Shown one piece after another: positions 55,442 through 64,000 of a stretch of DNA of 64,000 nucleotides (positions are counted from its first letter, which is position 1; each line of letters starts with the position of its first letter). Source of the DNA: Cyanobacteria bacterium PR.3.49 (GTDB taxonomy: Bacteria > Cyanobacteriota > Vampirovibrionia > Obscuribacterales > Obscuribacteraceae); NCBI GenBank assembly GCA_013997645.1, contig PNKB01000003.1, forward strand, positions 2,560-66,559, given 5' to 3'. The notes under the pieces were generated by a model. It saw only the letters and a program-made list of their open reading frames with translations, was not told where the DNA came from and made no database searches. The position numbers and the translations under genes were made by a program.

Positions 55442-56842
55442 ATGAATACAGCCTTTTTTGATTGTCCCTTTGGCGCCGCCGGAGACATGCTCCTGGGAGC
55501 GTTGATAGATGCTGGTTTAAATGTCGAACAGTGGAAGGCGGAGTTGGAGAAGATCGATCTTCCGGAAGGAAGTTTCTCGGTTCGAGCCGAAAAGTTATTG
55601 CGTTGCGGCGTTCATTCCACTAAATTGCACGTTTTTCTCAGCGCTAACGCGGCTCACGAGCACGACCATAAACACGGACTTCCACACGAGCATCATTCGC
55701 ACAGTCACGAACATTCGCATGGGCACAGTCATGAACATTCTCATGGGCACGCTCACGACGATCACGATCATCAACACGACGAACATGAGCATTCCCATGA
55801 ACATCATCACGAACACCCTCATCGTGGCTTGTCCGACATTCTGAAAATCATCGAAGCATCATCGATAAAACCTGCGGCAAAAAAGCTGGCGGCGGAAATC
55901 TTTACCCGCCTTGGCATTGCCGAAGCCAAAGTGCATGGCGTGACGCCTGACGACGTTCACTTTCACGAAGTCGGTGCCATCGATGCGATTGTCGACATTG
56001 TCGGATTCGCGATTGCGTATGATTTGATGGGCATTGAGAAATCAATTGTTTCTGCTCTGCCAGTCGGCGGCGGAACTATACACAGTATGCACGGTGAGTT
56101 CCCTGTACCTGGTCCTGCAACTCTGGAATTGATCCGGGAAGCTCGAGCGCCCATTGCGCAAACATCTCTAGATTTTGAGTGTTTGACCCCAACCGGCGCT
56201 GCTATTCTCACTACCGTTGCCGAACGTTTCGGATCTCAACCTGAGATGTCCGTGGTTGACGCCATCGGATATGGTGCCGGTTCTCTCAATCCGGCCGGGC
56301 ATCCGAATGTCTGCAGAATCGTGATTGGTCAATCTGCACCTAAGCGAGGCAGTGAAAAAAATGCACCGTCGGCGCGCTTTCGCAGTGAAATGGTCGCTGT
56401 TGTTGAATGTAATTTCGACGATCTCTCGCCTCAGGTCATCAGTTATGCATCGGAAAAACTTTTGGAAGAGGGTGCACTGGATGTTTATGTCACGCCGTGC
56501 ACCATGAAGAAAGGGCGCTCGGGGCACCTGCTGACTGTCATTTGCCGCTTGGAAGACGAGCGCAAAGTAAAAGAGATTTTGCTGGCGGAAACATCTACTT
56601 TGGGTGTGCGCAGCAGCGTGATGGAGCGTTTGATTGCCGAGCGCGAATTGAAGAAAATCGACTTGCAGGAAGACTCTTCGGCTCCTCAAGTGCGAGTCAA
56701 AATAGGCAAAGATTTAGAAGGCAAGGTCATAAACGTGCAGCCAGAATTTGAAGACTGCGCCGACTATGCTCGAGCCACCGGCAAGCCCTTGAAAGAAGTT
56801 ATAAGCTCGGCTGCCTCGAAAGCTCGCAATGTCGGGCACTGA
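55442..56842 (+). CDS. larC: nickel-pincer cofactor biosynthesis nickel insertase LarC, with long His-rich tract
   Basis: LarC N-terminus MNTAFFDCPFGAAGDMLLGALIDAGL, the HFHEVGAIDAIVDIVG block, and a ~56-aa His/Asp/Glu tract (55655-55822). Confidence 0.88.
   Translation: MNTAFFDCPFGAAGDMLLGALIDAGLNVEQWKAELEKIDLPEGSFSVRAEKLLRCGVHSTKLHVFLSANAAHEHDHKHGLPHEHHSHSHEHSHGHSHEHSHGHAHDDHDHQHDEHEHSHEHHHEHPHRGLSDILKIIEASSIKPAAKKLAAEIFTRLGIAEAKVHGVTPDDVHFHEVGAIDAIVDIVGFAIAYDLMGIEKSIVSALPVGGGTIHSMHGEFPVPGPATLELIREARAPIAQTSLDFECLTPTGAAILTTVAERFGSQPEMSVVDAIGYGAGSLNPAGHPNVCRIVIGQSAPKRGSEKNAPSARFRSEMVAVVECNFDDLSPQVISYASEKLLEEGALDVYVTPCTMKKGRSGHLLTVICRLEDERKVKEILLAETSTLGVRSSVMERLIAERELKKIDLQEDSSAPQVRVKIGKDLEGKVINVQPEFEDCADYARATGKPLKEVISSAASKARNVGH
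55700..55747 (+). repeat. 24-nt tandem duplication inside larC His-rich tract
   Basis: CACAGTCACGAACATTCGCATGGG followed by CACAGTCATGAACATTCTCATGGG, encoding HSHEHSHG twice. Confidence 0.85.
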
Positions 56843-56865
56843 GCGGATATTCGGCTTCGATCGAA

Positions 56866-57126
56866 CTAGTCTAGGACGTGCAGCACTTCGTTGCGGTCGC
56901 GCAGCCAGAGCATGTGGCAAGCGGAGCGCACCAGTTGGAAATCCGTTCCGAGAATCACCTCGGCGCCTGTCTCGTAAGACAATTTGTAGACATTGTGCTC
57001 TTTATTGACTCCAACATCACATTTCAATTCTTTCGTGCTCAAGCAGCAAGCGCCAGGATCATGGCTCATGCAACTGCTTATGGTCATGCCGGCAAAAGGG
57101 CTGTAAGGCTGCGCGAAGGACGACAT
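56866..57126 (-). CDS. small Cys-containing hypothetical protein (86 aa)
   Basis: The internal ATG at 57126 has a consensus AGGAGG 5 nt upstream. MSSFAQPYSPFAGMTISSCMSHDPGACCLSTKELKCDVG... No family recognised. Confidence 0.5.
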   Translation of the reverse strand: MSSFAQPYSPFAGMTISSCMSHDPGACCLSTKELKCDVGVNKEHNVYKLSYETGAEVILGTDFQLVRSACHMLWLRDRNEVLHVLD

Positions 57127-57293
57127 AAAGACCTCCTGGTCCAGACATCGGGGGGATTCAATTGCTGGGAAGTGAACTGAATGAATACTAGCTGAACCGT
57201 ATGACGTTGCCATGACTAATTGATGACTAAGTTAGACGAACTCAGTTGCGGAAAAGTAAATGACGAATTTCGGACTGGCGCAGCGTCTTGGGA

Positions 57294-59174
57294 TTATTCG
57301 GCAAGCTTGCCTTGCTTGTCGAACTGAATCGACTTCATTTGCGAGCCGCGAAATTGTTCGATTGGTTTGCCCAGGTCTTTTCTGGGTTTGACCATTGGCT
57401 TGGCGGCGGCATTCAGTGCACTTTCGCTGCTCATTCCAGGCGGAAGCCCCAGACTCCCGTCGGCGCCTATATTAACTGGAGGCGGCGCTTCCTTGAGATT
57501 GCTGTGCAAGGCTGCCGGGGGCGGCGGCACTTTATCCATGAAGACAGTGTCTTTGTCACTGGTCTGCGGTTTTTGAGCCGCACCGAATGCACCTTTGGTG
57601 GGTATTTCGGCGTCGGTTTGAAAGGAAATAATTTCGATTTTCAATTTGCCGAAAGAGCTGGCAATTTTCATCGAATTTTCATAGGTAATTTTTAAATGCC
57701 CCGCATCAACTAGAGTTTCATTCCAGGTTGGATCGACCGAAATCCAGCGCTCCCCATCGTGAACCTCATTCCATGCATGCCAGTAATACTGAGGCTTTGG
57801 AGATTGGGTGTACATGAGACCGCTGACTTCGCGCGAGGGCATCCCTGCGGCTCGTGCCAGAGCATTAAAAAGCAGCGTGTGCTCGGTGCAATCGCCTGCT
57901 TTTCTTTCGAGCACTTCCAAAGCCGTAGTCGAATTGCGATTGACGTCTTTCGAAATTAGTTTATATACGGCCGATTGCAGCAGCTCCGCTTTTTTCAATC
58001 CACTTATAGATCTTGCTGATTCCAATGATTGCCCTAGCGCCTTAGCTGCGAAGTCTTTAATTTCTTTGCTGTCCGATTGAATTGTCGGAGTTGCTTTCAG
58101 GTATTTTTGTACATCGTCTTTGCTGAGCAGTTCTTTGTCTTTGCTCTTGAAGTCACGAATGACCATGATGGTGGTCCAGCCGCCCTTCTTACCATCAGCG
58201 ATTTGCATTTGCCTGTGGGAATCAGGCAACGTGTAATTGATGCCGGTTATTTTGAGGAGAACTTGCTTCAACTTCTTTGGATCGCCCATCGCGACATTGG
58301 TCGGAACCGACGAATCGGTCACCAGATCGACGCCCTGAGTATCGAGCTTTCGTGCGGTACTTTCATCTTCCAGGCGAAATGAAATCGGCCCGATAGTGCC
58401 GCCAAGCATGCGACCGAAATTGTCGCATTCGTATTGAGTAACGTCGTCATCACCTTCTTCGCGCACATCTAGTTTGTGCACTGTCGTCTCGACGCCGTTA
58501 ATGACGACCTTCTTTAGCCCGACATATTTGTAGTGTGAAACTTGCTCATCGAATTCACCCTGACGGAAGTCAGAAGTCTTATGGTCGAAAGTATCTCCCG
58601 GCTTTGGTGAAGACTTCAGCCAATCGCCAAGCTGTTTATCGTCGCCGAGCGATGTTTTTGGGTTTTCAACGGAAAGTGAGCTGGTACTTTTGCCGCCGGA
58701 ATTCGTCGCCTGATATTTGTTGCCTTGCTTCATCACATTACTTGTATATGTGGCGCCGTCGCGTTCGCTCACCAGGTCGATGCTGAATAGCTCGCCTTGG
58801 TTGTCGAGGTTGAACAGTCTAGTGAGCATGCTCTTGTCTAGGAAAGGCTTGCCTTCTTTTTTAGCGCTGATTAGCGTTTCGATTTTTTGCTCGAAAAAAT
58901 CAGTGTCGCCGCGCTTGATGATTTTGCTCGAGTTGACCATATAGCCGACTTTCTTGCCGTCCAAGTACAGCCCGCAGGCGAAAGTCCCCTGCGCGTTTTG
59001 AGCGAATTTCCGCATAGGATTGTCGACTGCCTCGGGTGCCTTGACCGACAGTGTTTCACCGCTCAGGTCAGGTTTTTGGCTAAGGCTTGAACAACCCGGC
59101 AGGCTGATCAGGGCGAGAGCCAGAGTCGTGGCTGACGCCACAGAAGTGCCCTTTCGCCGCTTTTTTGCCTTCAA
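57294..59174 (-). CDS. transglutaminase-like superfamily lipoprotein
   Basis: Lipobox LISLPGCSS. Cys-His-Asp core in KAGDCTEHTLLFNALARAAG ... YWHAWNEV ... VDPTW. Confidence 0.85.
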   Translation of the reverse strand: MKAKKRRKGTSVASATTLALALISLPGCSSLSQKPDLSGETLSVKAPEAVDNPMRKFAQNAQGTFACGLYLDGKKVGYMVNSSKIIKRGDTDFFEQKIETLISAKKEGKPFLDKSMLTRLFNLDNQGELFSIDLVSERDGATYTSNVMKQGNKYQATNSGGKSTSSLSVENPKTSLGDDKQLGDWLKSSPKPGDTFDHKTSDFRQGEFDEQVSHYKYVGLKKVVINGVETTVHKLDVREEGDDDVTQYECDNFGRMLGGTIGPISFRLEDESTARKLDTQGVDLVTDSSVPTNVAMGDPKKLKQVLLKITGINYTLPDSHRQMQIADGKKGGWTTIMVIRDFKSKDKELLSKDDVQKYLKATPTIQSDSKEIKDFAAKALGQSLESARSISGLKKAELLQSAVYKLISKDVNRNSTTALEVLERKAGDCTEHTLLFNALARAAGMPSREVSGLMYTQSPKPQYYWHAWNEVHDGERWISVDPTWNETLVDAGHLKITYENSMKIASSFGKLKIEIISFQTDAEIPTKGAFGAAQKPQTSDKDTVFMDKVPPPPAALHSNLKEAPPPVNIGADGSLGLPPGMSSESALNAAAKPMVKPRKDLGKPIEQFRGSQMKSIQFDKQGKLAE

Positions 59175-59315
59175 TGTGAACCCTTAATGACATGCAAGTG
59201 CCGACGGACCAACCGTCGACGCTCATATTAACCGGTCAAAGTCATCTATATATGTCTGAAAAAAGGCGATATGTGGAATTAATCAAGAAGTACATGGCGC
59301 AGGTTTTTACTTCGA

Positions 59316-60629
59316 ATGGCATCTAGCGAAAAGCCGGATTTCATTGAAATTGATGAGAAGACCCCATCCGTAAAGCTGACGGAAGGACCGGATGCGTCTG
59401 ATTCCTCAAGAAAAACCGCTGGCGCCGATAGTGAAAAGTCTTCAGGTGCGCAATCGGCGGCGGCAGAAACGACTGGGCCGCGTCCTGCTTTCAGTTTGGC
59501 GCAGAGCGCTCAAAATCATTACGCCAACGGCGATGATGCCGTTGCTAAAAAAATGCTGCCGGCCAATCGACCGATGCGCAAATTGCCTTTCGGGCCTGTA
59601 ACTTTTATCGGACTGCTTGTTGTTCTTTCTACATTCGGAAATCAGATCGATGAGATGCGCAAGCAAACTCTTGCAGCGCTGGCGGGCAAGCTTTATCTCA
59701 ACAGCCAGGGTTATGTAGAAACTGTGTCCGATCTGTCTTGGTTTTACCGTCAAAATCGCAATTTGCCGGCAGCCAAGGCTGCCTTAAATAAAGGTCTTGC
59801 AACTCTTGCCGCAAATGATCAGGACAAGGGCGCAAAGGGGGCATTGCTTCGTCTCCGGCTGGCCTCTATAGCTTTTCAGGAAAAGGACGAAGAAGCAGGG
59901 CGCGCCTTGGCAAATACAGCTCTATCAATGATTAACAAGGGCGGAACCTACGTTCCGTATGAGACACCGTTATTGCTCTATCTTGCAGCTTGGAACTTGG
60001 ACAATTATTGGGATTATAAAACCGCTTTGCCTCTCAATTTGAAGGCAATCGAGTTGTGGCCGAATAATCGGCCTAATTATCGTTCTTCAGTTCAATACGA
60101 TATTGGTTTTGAATACAATCGACTGAAGCAATACGAAAAGGCAGAGGGTTATCTGAAGCAGGCGCTTTCACAGTCGCTTTCCTGGGGCGACGATGACGAC
60201 AATGTGCGCCGCTTTCTACAGCTAGGTATATCTCAGTTAGGGCAAAAGAAATACCCGGAAGCCGAAACGAATCTCAATTCTGCATTACGCATGCAGCAAA
60301 CTTTGTCACAGCGAAAGAAAGACACTCAGCTGGCGCAGATTTACTCGGAACTGGGCAAGGTGAGAGCTGCACAGGGCGATTTGCTCATGGCTAGAAAATA
60401 CCTGGAGCGGGCAGCCGAAACGCTGAAATCGAAAAGAAATTCAGCGTATCACTATTTGTTAAATCAGCATGCGCTGGCCAATCTATATCGTGATATTGGC
60501 GAAACGAACCTGGCGACACCGATTTACGAAAGCCTGCTGTCGCGTTTAAGAGACGGCGAGCGGGGACCGGATATTAAAGATGTCCAGCGAGATGTTGATT
60601 TGATGCGTGCTAAGACAGGAGGCGGGTAG
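59316..60629 (+). CDS. membrane-anchored TPR protein
   Basis: Disordered N-terminus, one TM helix (VTFIGLLVVLSTFG), then TPR units. Confidence 0.78.
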   Translation: MASSEKPDFIEIDEKTPSVKLTEGPDASDSSRKTAGADSEKSSGAQSAAAETTGPRPAFSLAQSAQNHYANGDDAVAKKMLPANRPMRKLPFGPVTFIGLLVVLSTFGNQIDEMRKQTLAALAGKLYLNSQGYVETVSDLSWFYRQNRNLPAAKAALNKGLATLAANDQDKGAKGALLRLRLASIAFQEKDEEAGRALANTALSMINKGGTYVPYETPLLLYLAAWNLDNYWDYKTALPLNLKAIELWPNNRPNYRSSVQYDIGFEYNRLKQYEKAEGYLKQALSQSLSWGDDDDNVRRFLQLGISQLGQKKYPEAETNLNSALRMQQTLSQRKKDTQLAQIYSELGKVRAAQGDLLMARKYLERAAETLKSKRNSAYHYLLNQHALANLYRDIGETNLATPIYESLLSRLRDGERGPDIKDVQRDVDLMRAKTGGG

Positions 60630-60631
60630 GT

Positions 60632-62077
60632 GTGGCTGAGTTAAACGTTGTCATCCCTTATCGCTCTATGCCACTAAAAGTGGTGTTTACTTCTATGTGC
60701 GCGCTGTTTCCTCTCTGGGCTGTGATTGCCCCTGCTATTCTCGGTTTTCTTATCGGCAGAGCGCTTGCTTTTCCAGGAGTGCTGCCCACGCACCTGGTCG
60801 TTACTGGTTGCGTCGGGCTGGTCACCGTGATGCTTTCTTGCATGGCACTGTCTGCGGTATCAGAGGACAATCGAATTTACATCTCGAAAGACGGCATGTG
60901 TTTTCCTCCATCATTCTTGCCGAACTTGAAATTCAAACGCAATCGCAATTGGAGTGAGCTTAAGGCGGCATCTTTGATCAAGGATGAGCAAGCTTACGGC
61001 GGCACACTTTTGCTCAGTTTTGATTCCGGCGAGCATCTCAATTTGTCCTTGAAAAACATCAAGGATGCTGATGTTGAACAGTTGCTCCTTGGTGTGGAGT
61101 TATGGGGCTCAAAATGCGATCGATCGCCGGATTTGATCGAGTATCAGAAGTCGATGCAAAATCATGCGCGCGGCATTGGGCAGAAGAGCTATACGCAAAT
61201 GTGGGAAGACGAGCTGTCTCGACGTTTTGCACCTACGACTTTTGTCCCTTTGGAGCCGGGGCATAAACTGCAAGGCAGCCGAATTGAGATTGTGAGGCAA
61301 CTGGCGTTTGGCGGCTTGTCGGCTATTTACCTTGCGCACCAGAACAAAACCGATCTCGTGGTTTTGAAAGAGGCCGTCGTGCACGCTAAGGCAGATCCGG
61401 AGGCCAAGAAACAGGCAGAACAGCACCTGGAGCGTGAGTCTCAAATTCTCTCTAAACTCTCACATCCGAACATCGCTCGCGTAATCGACCATTTTGTCGA
61501 AGACGAGCGGCATTATCTGATTTTGGAATATGTGAGCGGTCAAGATTTACGCCAGTTCGTAAAACAGAACAGCGACCAGGATGTCTTGACCGTTGTCGAT
61601 TGGGCCCTTGAGGCCGCGACAATTCTTAAGTTCTTGCATGGTAACGAACCGCCGATTATTCACAGGGATCTGACGCCGGACAATCTTGTGGTCAGAAATG
61701 ATGGTGCACTGATCCTTATCGATTTCGGAGCGGCAAACCAGTTTGTCGGTAGCGCTACCGGTACGGTCGTGGGAAAACAAGCTTATATTGCCCCGGAACA
61801 GTTGCGCGGAAAAACAGTTCCTGAGAGCGATCTGTATAGTCTGGGTGGGACGATTTATTATTTGCTGACTGGACGCGATCCGATGCCGCTTTCTATTAGT
61901 CATCCGAAAACAATCAGACATGACACGCCTGAAGTTCTTGATGAGCTGGTAGCAAAGCTTAGCGCCTTCGAGCCGGAAGATCGTATACGCACTGCTGATG
62001 ATGTCATCACTGAGCTGACGGCGATAAAGTCCATGCTTTCCACCGGTGATGTTGTCGCTGCCGGAGAACCTGGGTAA
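60632..62077 (+). CDS. membrane Ser/Thr protein kinase (N-terminal 2-TM + small PH-like domain, C-terminal Hanks kinase)
   Basis: GTG start with AGGAGG upstream. Kinase motifs VVLKEA (Lys), HRDLTPDN, DFGAAN and YIAPEQ. Confidence 0.9.
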   Translation: MAELNVVIPYRSMPLKVVFTSMCALFPLWAVIAPAILGFLIGRALAFPGVLPTHLVVTGCVGLVTVMLSCMALSAVSEDNRIYISKDGMCFPPSFLPNLKFKRNRNWSELKAASLIKDEQAYGGTLLLSFDSGEHLNLSLKNIKDADVEQLLLGVELWGSKCDRSPDLIEYQKSMQNHARGIGQKSYTQMWEDELSRRFAPTTFVPLEPGHKLQGSRIEIVRQLAFGGLSAIYLAHQNKTDLVVLKEAVVHAKADPEAKKQAEQHLERESQILSKLSHPNIARVIDHFVEDERHYLILEYVSGQDLRQFVKQNSDQDVLTVVDWALEAATILKFLHGNEPPIIHRDLTPDNLVVRNDGALILIDFGAANQFVGSATGTVVGKQAYIAPEQLRGKTVPESDLYSLGGTIYYLLTGRDPMPLSISHPKTIRHDTPEVLDELVAKLSAFEPEDRIRTADDVITELTAIKSMLSTGDVVAAGEPG

Positions 62078-64000
62078 TGGACGAACGGCAAGACAACCCG
62101 ACAGGCGGAACGTTTGCAGAGCAAATTCCGAACAATCCGAACAATCCGAACAATCCGAACAATCCGAACAAAAGGTTCAGCACTGAAACCAGGAACTCCG
62201 AACCAGGACCCGAATTGAAAGTCGGTCCTGAAATTGCGTCTGCTGCGCTTCTTCCTGTAGAGGACGAAGGGTTAGCGAGCACGAGGTCCGAAAATAAATC
62301 TAACAAGCAGAAGAAAAATGCGACGGTTGAGTCCATCAAAGTAACCGAGCCTCTGACGCAAATGCCACGCATTTATATTGGGCTAATCTATGCCGCCTTT
62401 GGTTTCTTAATGGTAGCGGCGCTGTCACCCCGCGCAATGTCGTCATTGGATCGCTCGTTTTGGGCCGCCATTCCCATGCAGATTTATCTCGCTTACTGCA
62501 TGTTGCGCTATAGCGATTTGATTGGTTTAAAGAATAAAACGCGCGCGCCATTGTCGCAGTTTGCGGTCATGTTAATCTGTCTGATTGCCTTCGTCTGCCG
62601 TCCTCAATTCGGCGATGGAATGATATCGCAAGATTATGGGTACCCGAACCGCCTCACCGATCCCTTCTGGATTCTCTGGTCGTTTGCGCAAGTAGTCTGG
62701 CCGTTCTTGCTCTCGCTAGCATTGGAGAAGAAGCTCGCCTTACGCACATGGATTGTCACCGCTGCTAGTGCCGCGCCGGTGTTTGCACTTTCCATTTTGC
62801 AAACAATGTTCAATATGTCGTTCTTTTTTGTGCCCCTCTGGTTTATCTCTCAATTCGGATGCCTGGTGTATTTTGCCTATCGATTGCGGCAAGTTTATGC
62901 TGAGGATCTCAACGTTCTCAATGCCAAACTTGCCAAAGTAAAAGAGCAAGTTTTTGGTGTCAGCAAAGAAGATATTGTTATTCGCTACAGACCATACGCT
63001 GCAGTTGAAAGGTGGCTCAGGCAACGCTTTACCGGAGGAGACCTGCTGAAAGGCGCCAAGCTGATTATGCTCTGGCTTTCCGTCCCTGCCGTAATCGGCA
63101 TTCTGATCGTTGCTCTTATGGCACTTGATTTCGCGCTAAACAATTCCGGATTTGCTCAACAGCATCTGCCGAAGGCCGCGGCTCAGGCGATGGCTAACAA
63201 CACCGGCATGTTCATCCGCGCGTTTTTAGCGTTTGTGGCGCTGCTTGTCAGTGTTCCTACTTTCCTTTATTTGAAAGCTCCTACGCACATTGCGTTCAAT
63301 CGCAAAGGGCAGCGTTTTCTCTGGAGGCATGGTCGCTTTGCCAGAGACGGCAACAATATCGACTGGCAAAATCTGGATTTGATTGAAATCGAGCGTCCAC
63401 CAGGCTCTACACAGGCTCTGGATCAAAGTATCTGTTTTCGTTCGCGAACAGGCGAAGTGAACAAGATCAAATTGAGCGCCATCGATTCGATTGAAGACAG
63501 AGAAAAATTGTTGGCTATGATTCGCCATTGGGCACCCAATGTTCCTCGCCCACCGGAAGTCGAGCAAGCTTTGGAGCCCCCGGCAAATCACAGTTATACA
63601 GAAATGTGGTTGCAGGCACTGGCTGCACCACCGAAACGCGAGCGATTGAAACCGCTTTTAGACGGCGGTTCTCTGCAGGCAGGCAAGTATCGGGTCATCA
63701 ATCAGCTTGGCGTGGGCGGGCAGGGCTCGGCTTACCTGGCGAACGATAACATCAACGACCACACTGTTGTTTTGAAGGAGTTCATTCTGCCGGTGCACGT
63801 TGATGTGACCGTGAGAAAGAGTGCGCTGGAATCATTCGAAAACGAAGCGCGCATTTTAAAACAAATGGATTCTCAAAATGTAGTGAAGCTGATCGACTTC
63901 TTTGTCGAGGATCACCGTGCTTATCTAGTGCTCGAGCATATCGATGGAGCGTCGCTCCGGGAGCTGGTTGAGAAGAATGGTGCCATGGCGGAATCGCAAG
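62077..64000 (+). CDS. second membrane Ser/Thr protein kinase, paralogous architecture (3' end beyond window)
   Basis: Not in the ORF track because there is no stop in the window. The ATG overlaps the upstream TAA (TAATG). My codon-by-codon reading is open to 63999. It has multiple TM helices, a juxtamembrane domain, a YTEMW motif, then kinase subdomains I-V (GVGGQGSAY, VVLKEF, ENEARIL...). Confidence 0.85.
   Translation, partial: MDERQDNPTGGTFAEQIPNNPNNPNNPNNPNKRFSTETRNSEPGPELKVGPEIASAALLPVEDEGLASTRSENKSNKQKKNATVESIKVTEPLTQMPRIYIGLIYAAFGFLMVAALSPRAMSSLDRSFWAAIPMQIYLAYCMLRYSDLIGLKNKTRAPLSQFAVMLICLIAFVCRPQFGDGMISQDYGYPNRLTDPFWILWSFAQVVWPFLLSLALEKKLALRTWIVTAASAAPVFALSILQTMFNMSFFFVPLWFISQFGCLVYFAYRLRQVYAEDLNVLNAKLAKVKEQVFGVSKEDIVIRYRPYAAVERWLRQRFTGGDLLKGAKLIMLWLSVPAVIGILIVALMALDFALNNSGFAQQHLPKAAAQAMANNTGMFIRAFLAFVALLVSVPTFLYLKAPTHIAFNRKGQRFLWRHGRFARDGNNIDWQNLDLIEIERPPGSTQALDQSICFRSRTGEVNKIKLSAIDSIEDREKLLAMIRHWAPNVPRPPEVEQALEPPANHSYTEMWLQALAAPPKRERLKPLLDGGSLQAGKYRVINQLGVGGQGSAYLANDNINDHTVVLKEFILPVHVDVTVRKSALESFENEARILKQMDSQNVVKLIDFFVEDHRAYLVLEHIDGASLRELVEKNGAMAESQ
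62128..62172 (+). repeat. 9-nt coding tandem repeat (CCGAACAAT x4 + CCGAACAAA)
   Basis: Perfect head-to-tail copies encoding PNNPNNPNNPNNPNK in the N-terminal cytoplasmic tail of the second kinase. Confidence 0.9.

Noticed and set aside
1-64000. Search for CRISPR arrays, IS elements/transposases, integrases, prophage genes, rRNA/tRNA
   Set aside because: I saw no regularly spaced direct repeats beyond the short tandem repeats listed. No DDE or tyrosine-recombinase motifs and no cloverleaf-like sequences turned up in intergenic regions by eye. A tRNAscan/Infernal run would be needed to exclude small RNAs formally.

Overview
This is a densely coded ~64-kb bacterial chromosomal segment, roughly 50% GC by eye. 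I recognised no rRNA, tRNA, CRISPR array, transposase or integrase. About 55 protein genes lie on both strands, mostly in tightly coupled operons. Recognisable housekeeping genes are metH, a YitJ-like bifunctional homocysteine S-methyltransferase/MTHFR, lepA, hemL, lexA, gmk-rpoZ, a Dus tRNA-dihydrouridine synthase, maf, rqcH (NFACT/FbpA), larC and arginase. There is also an AhcY-like protein, a PstS-family binding protein and a sugar-modification trio (SDR epimerase/dehydratase, DegT aminotransferase, GT2). These sit among many TPR proteins, large secreted low-complexity proteins and Hanks-type Ser/Thr-kinase signalling genes (an ABC1 kinase-PP2C-FHA-NHL kinase operon, and two tandem membrane kinases). 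The taxon cannot be assigned from the sequence alone; an ARC6/Ftn2-like IMS domain and a short omega subunit hint at a cyanobacteria-related lineage, but that is speculative. The stand-out locus is at 21.9-23.9 kb. A DUF692/MNIO (multinuclear non-heme iron oxidase) gene is translationally coupled to a small acidic ORF. It is preceded by a ~306-aa signal-peptide protein ending in ...PCPACGMG, a ChrA-type RiPP core motif carried on a full-length exported protein. Other points of interest are a candidate lexA promoter/operator with GATAC repeats, a SUFU-like protein coupled to lepA, a TPR-AAA ATPase hard-wired to a TPR membrane protein, an orphan terminator or sRNA candidate, and coding microsatellites. 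All domain calls rest on by-eye motif recognition, not database searches.
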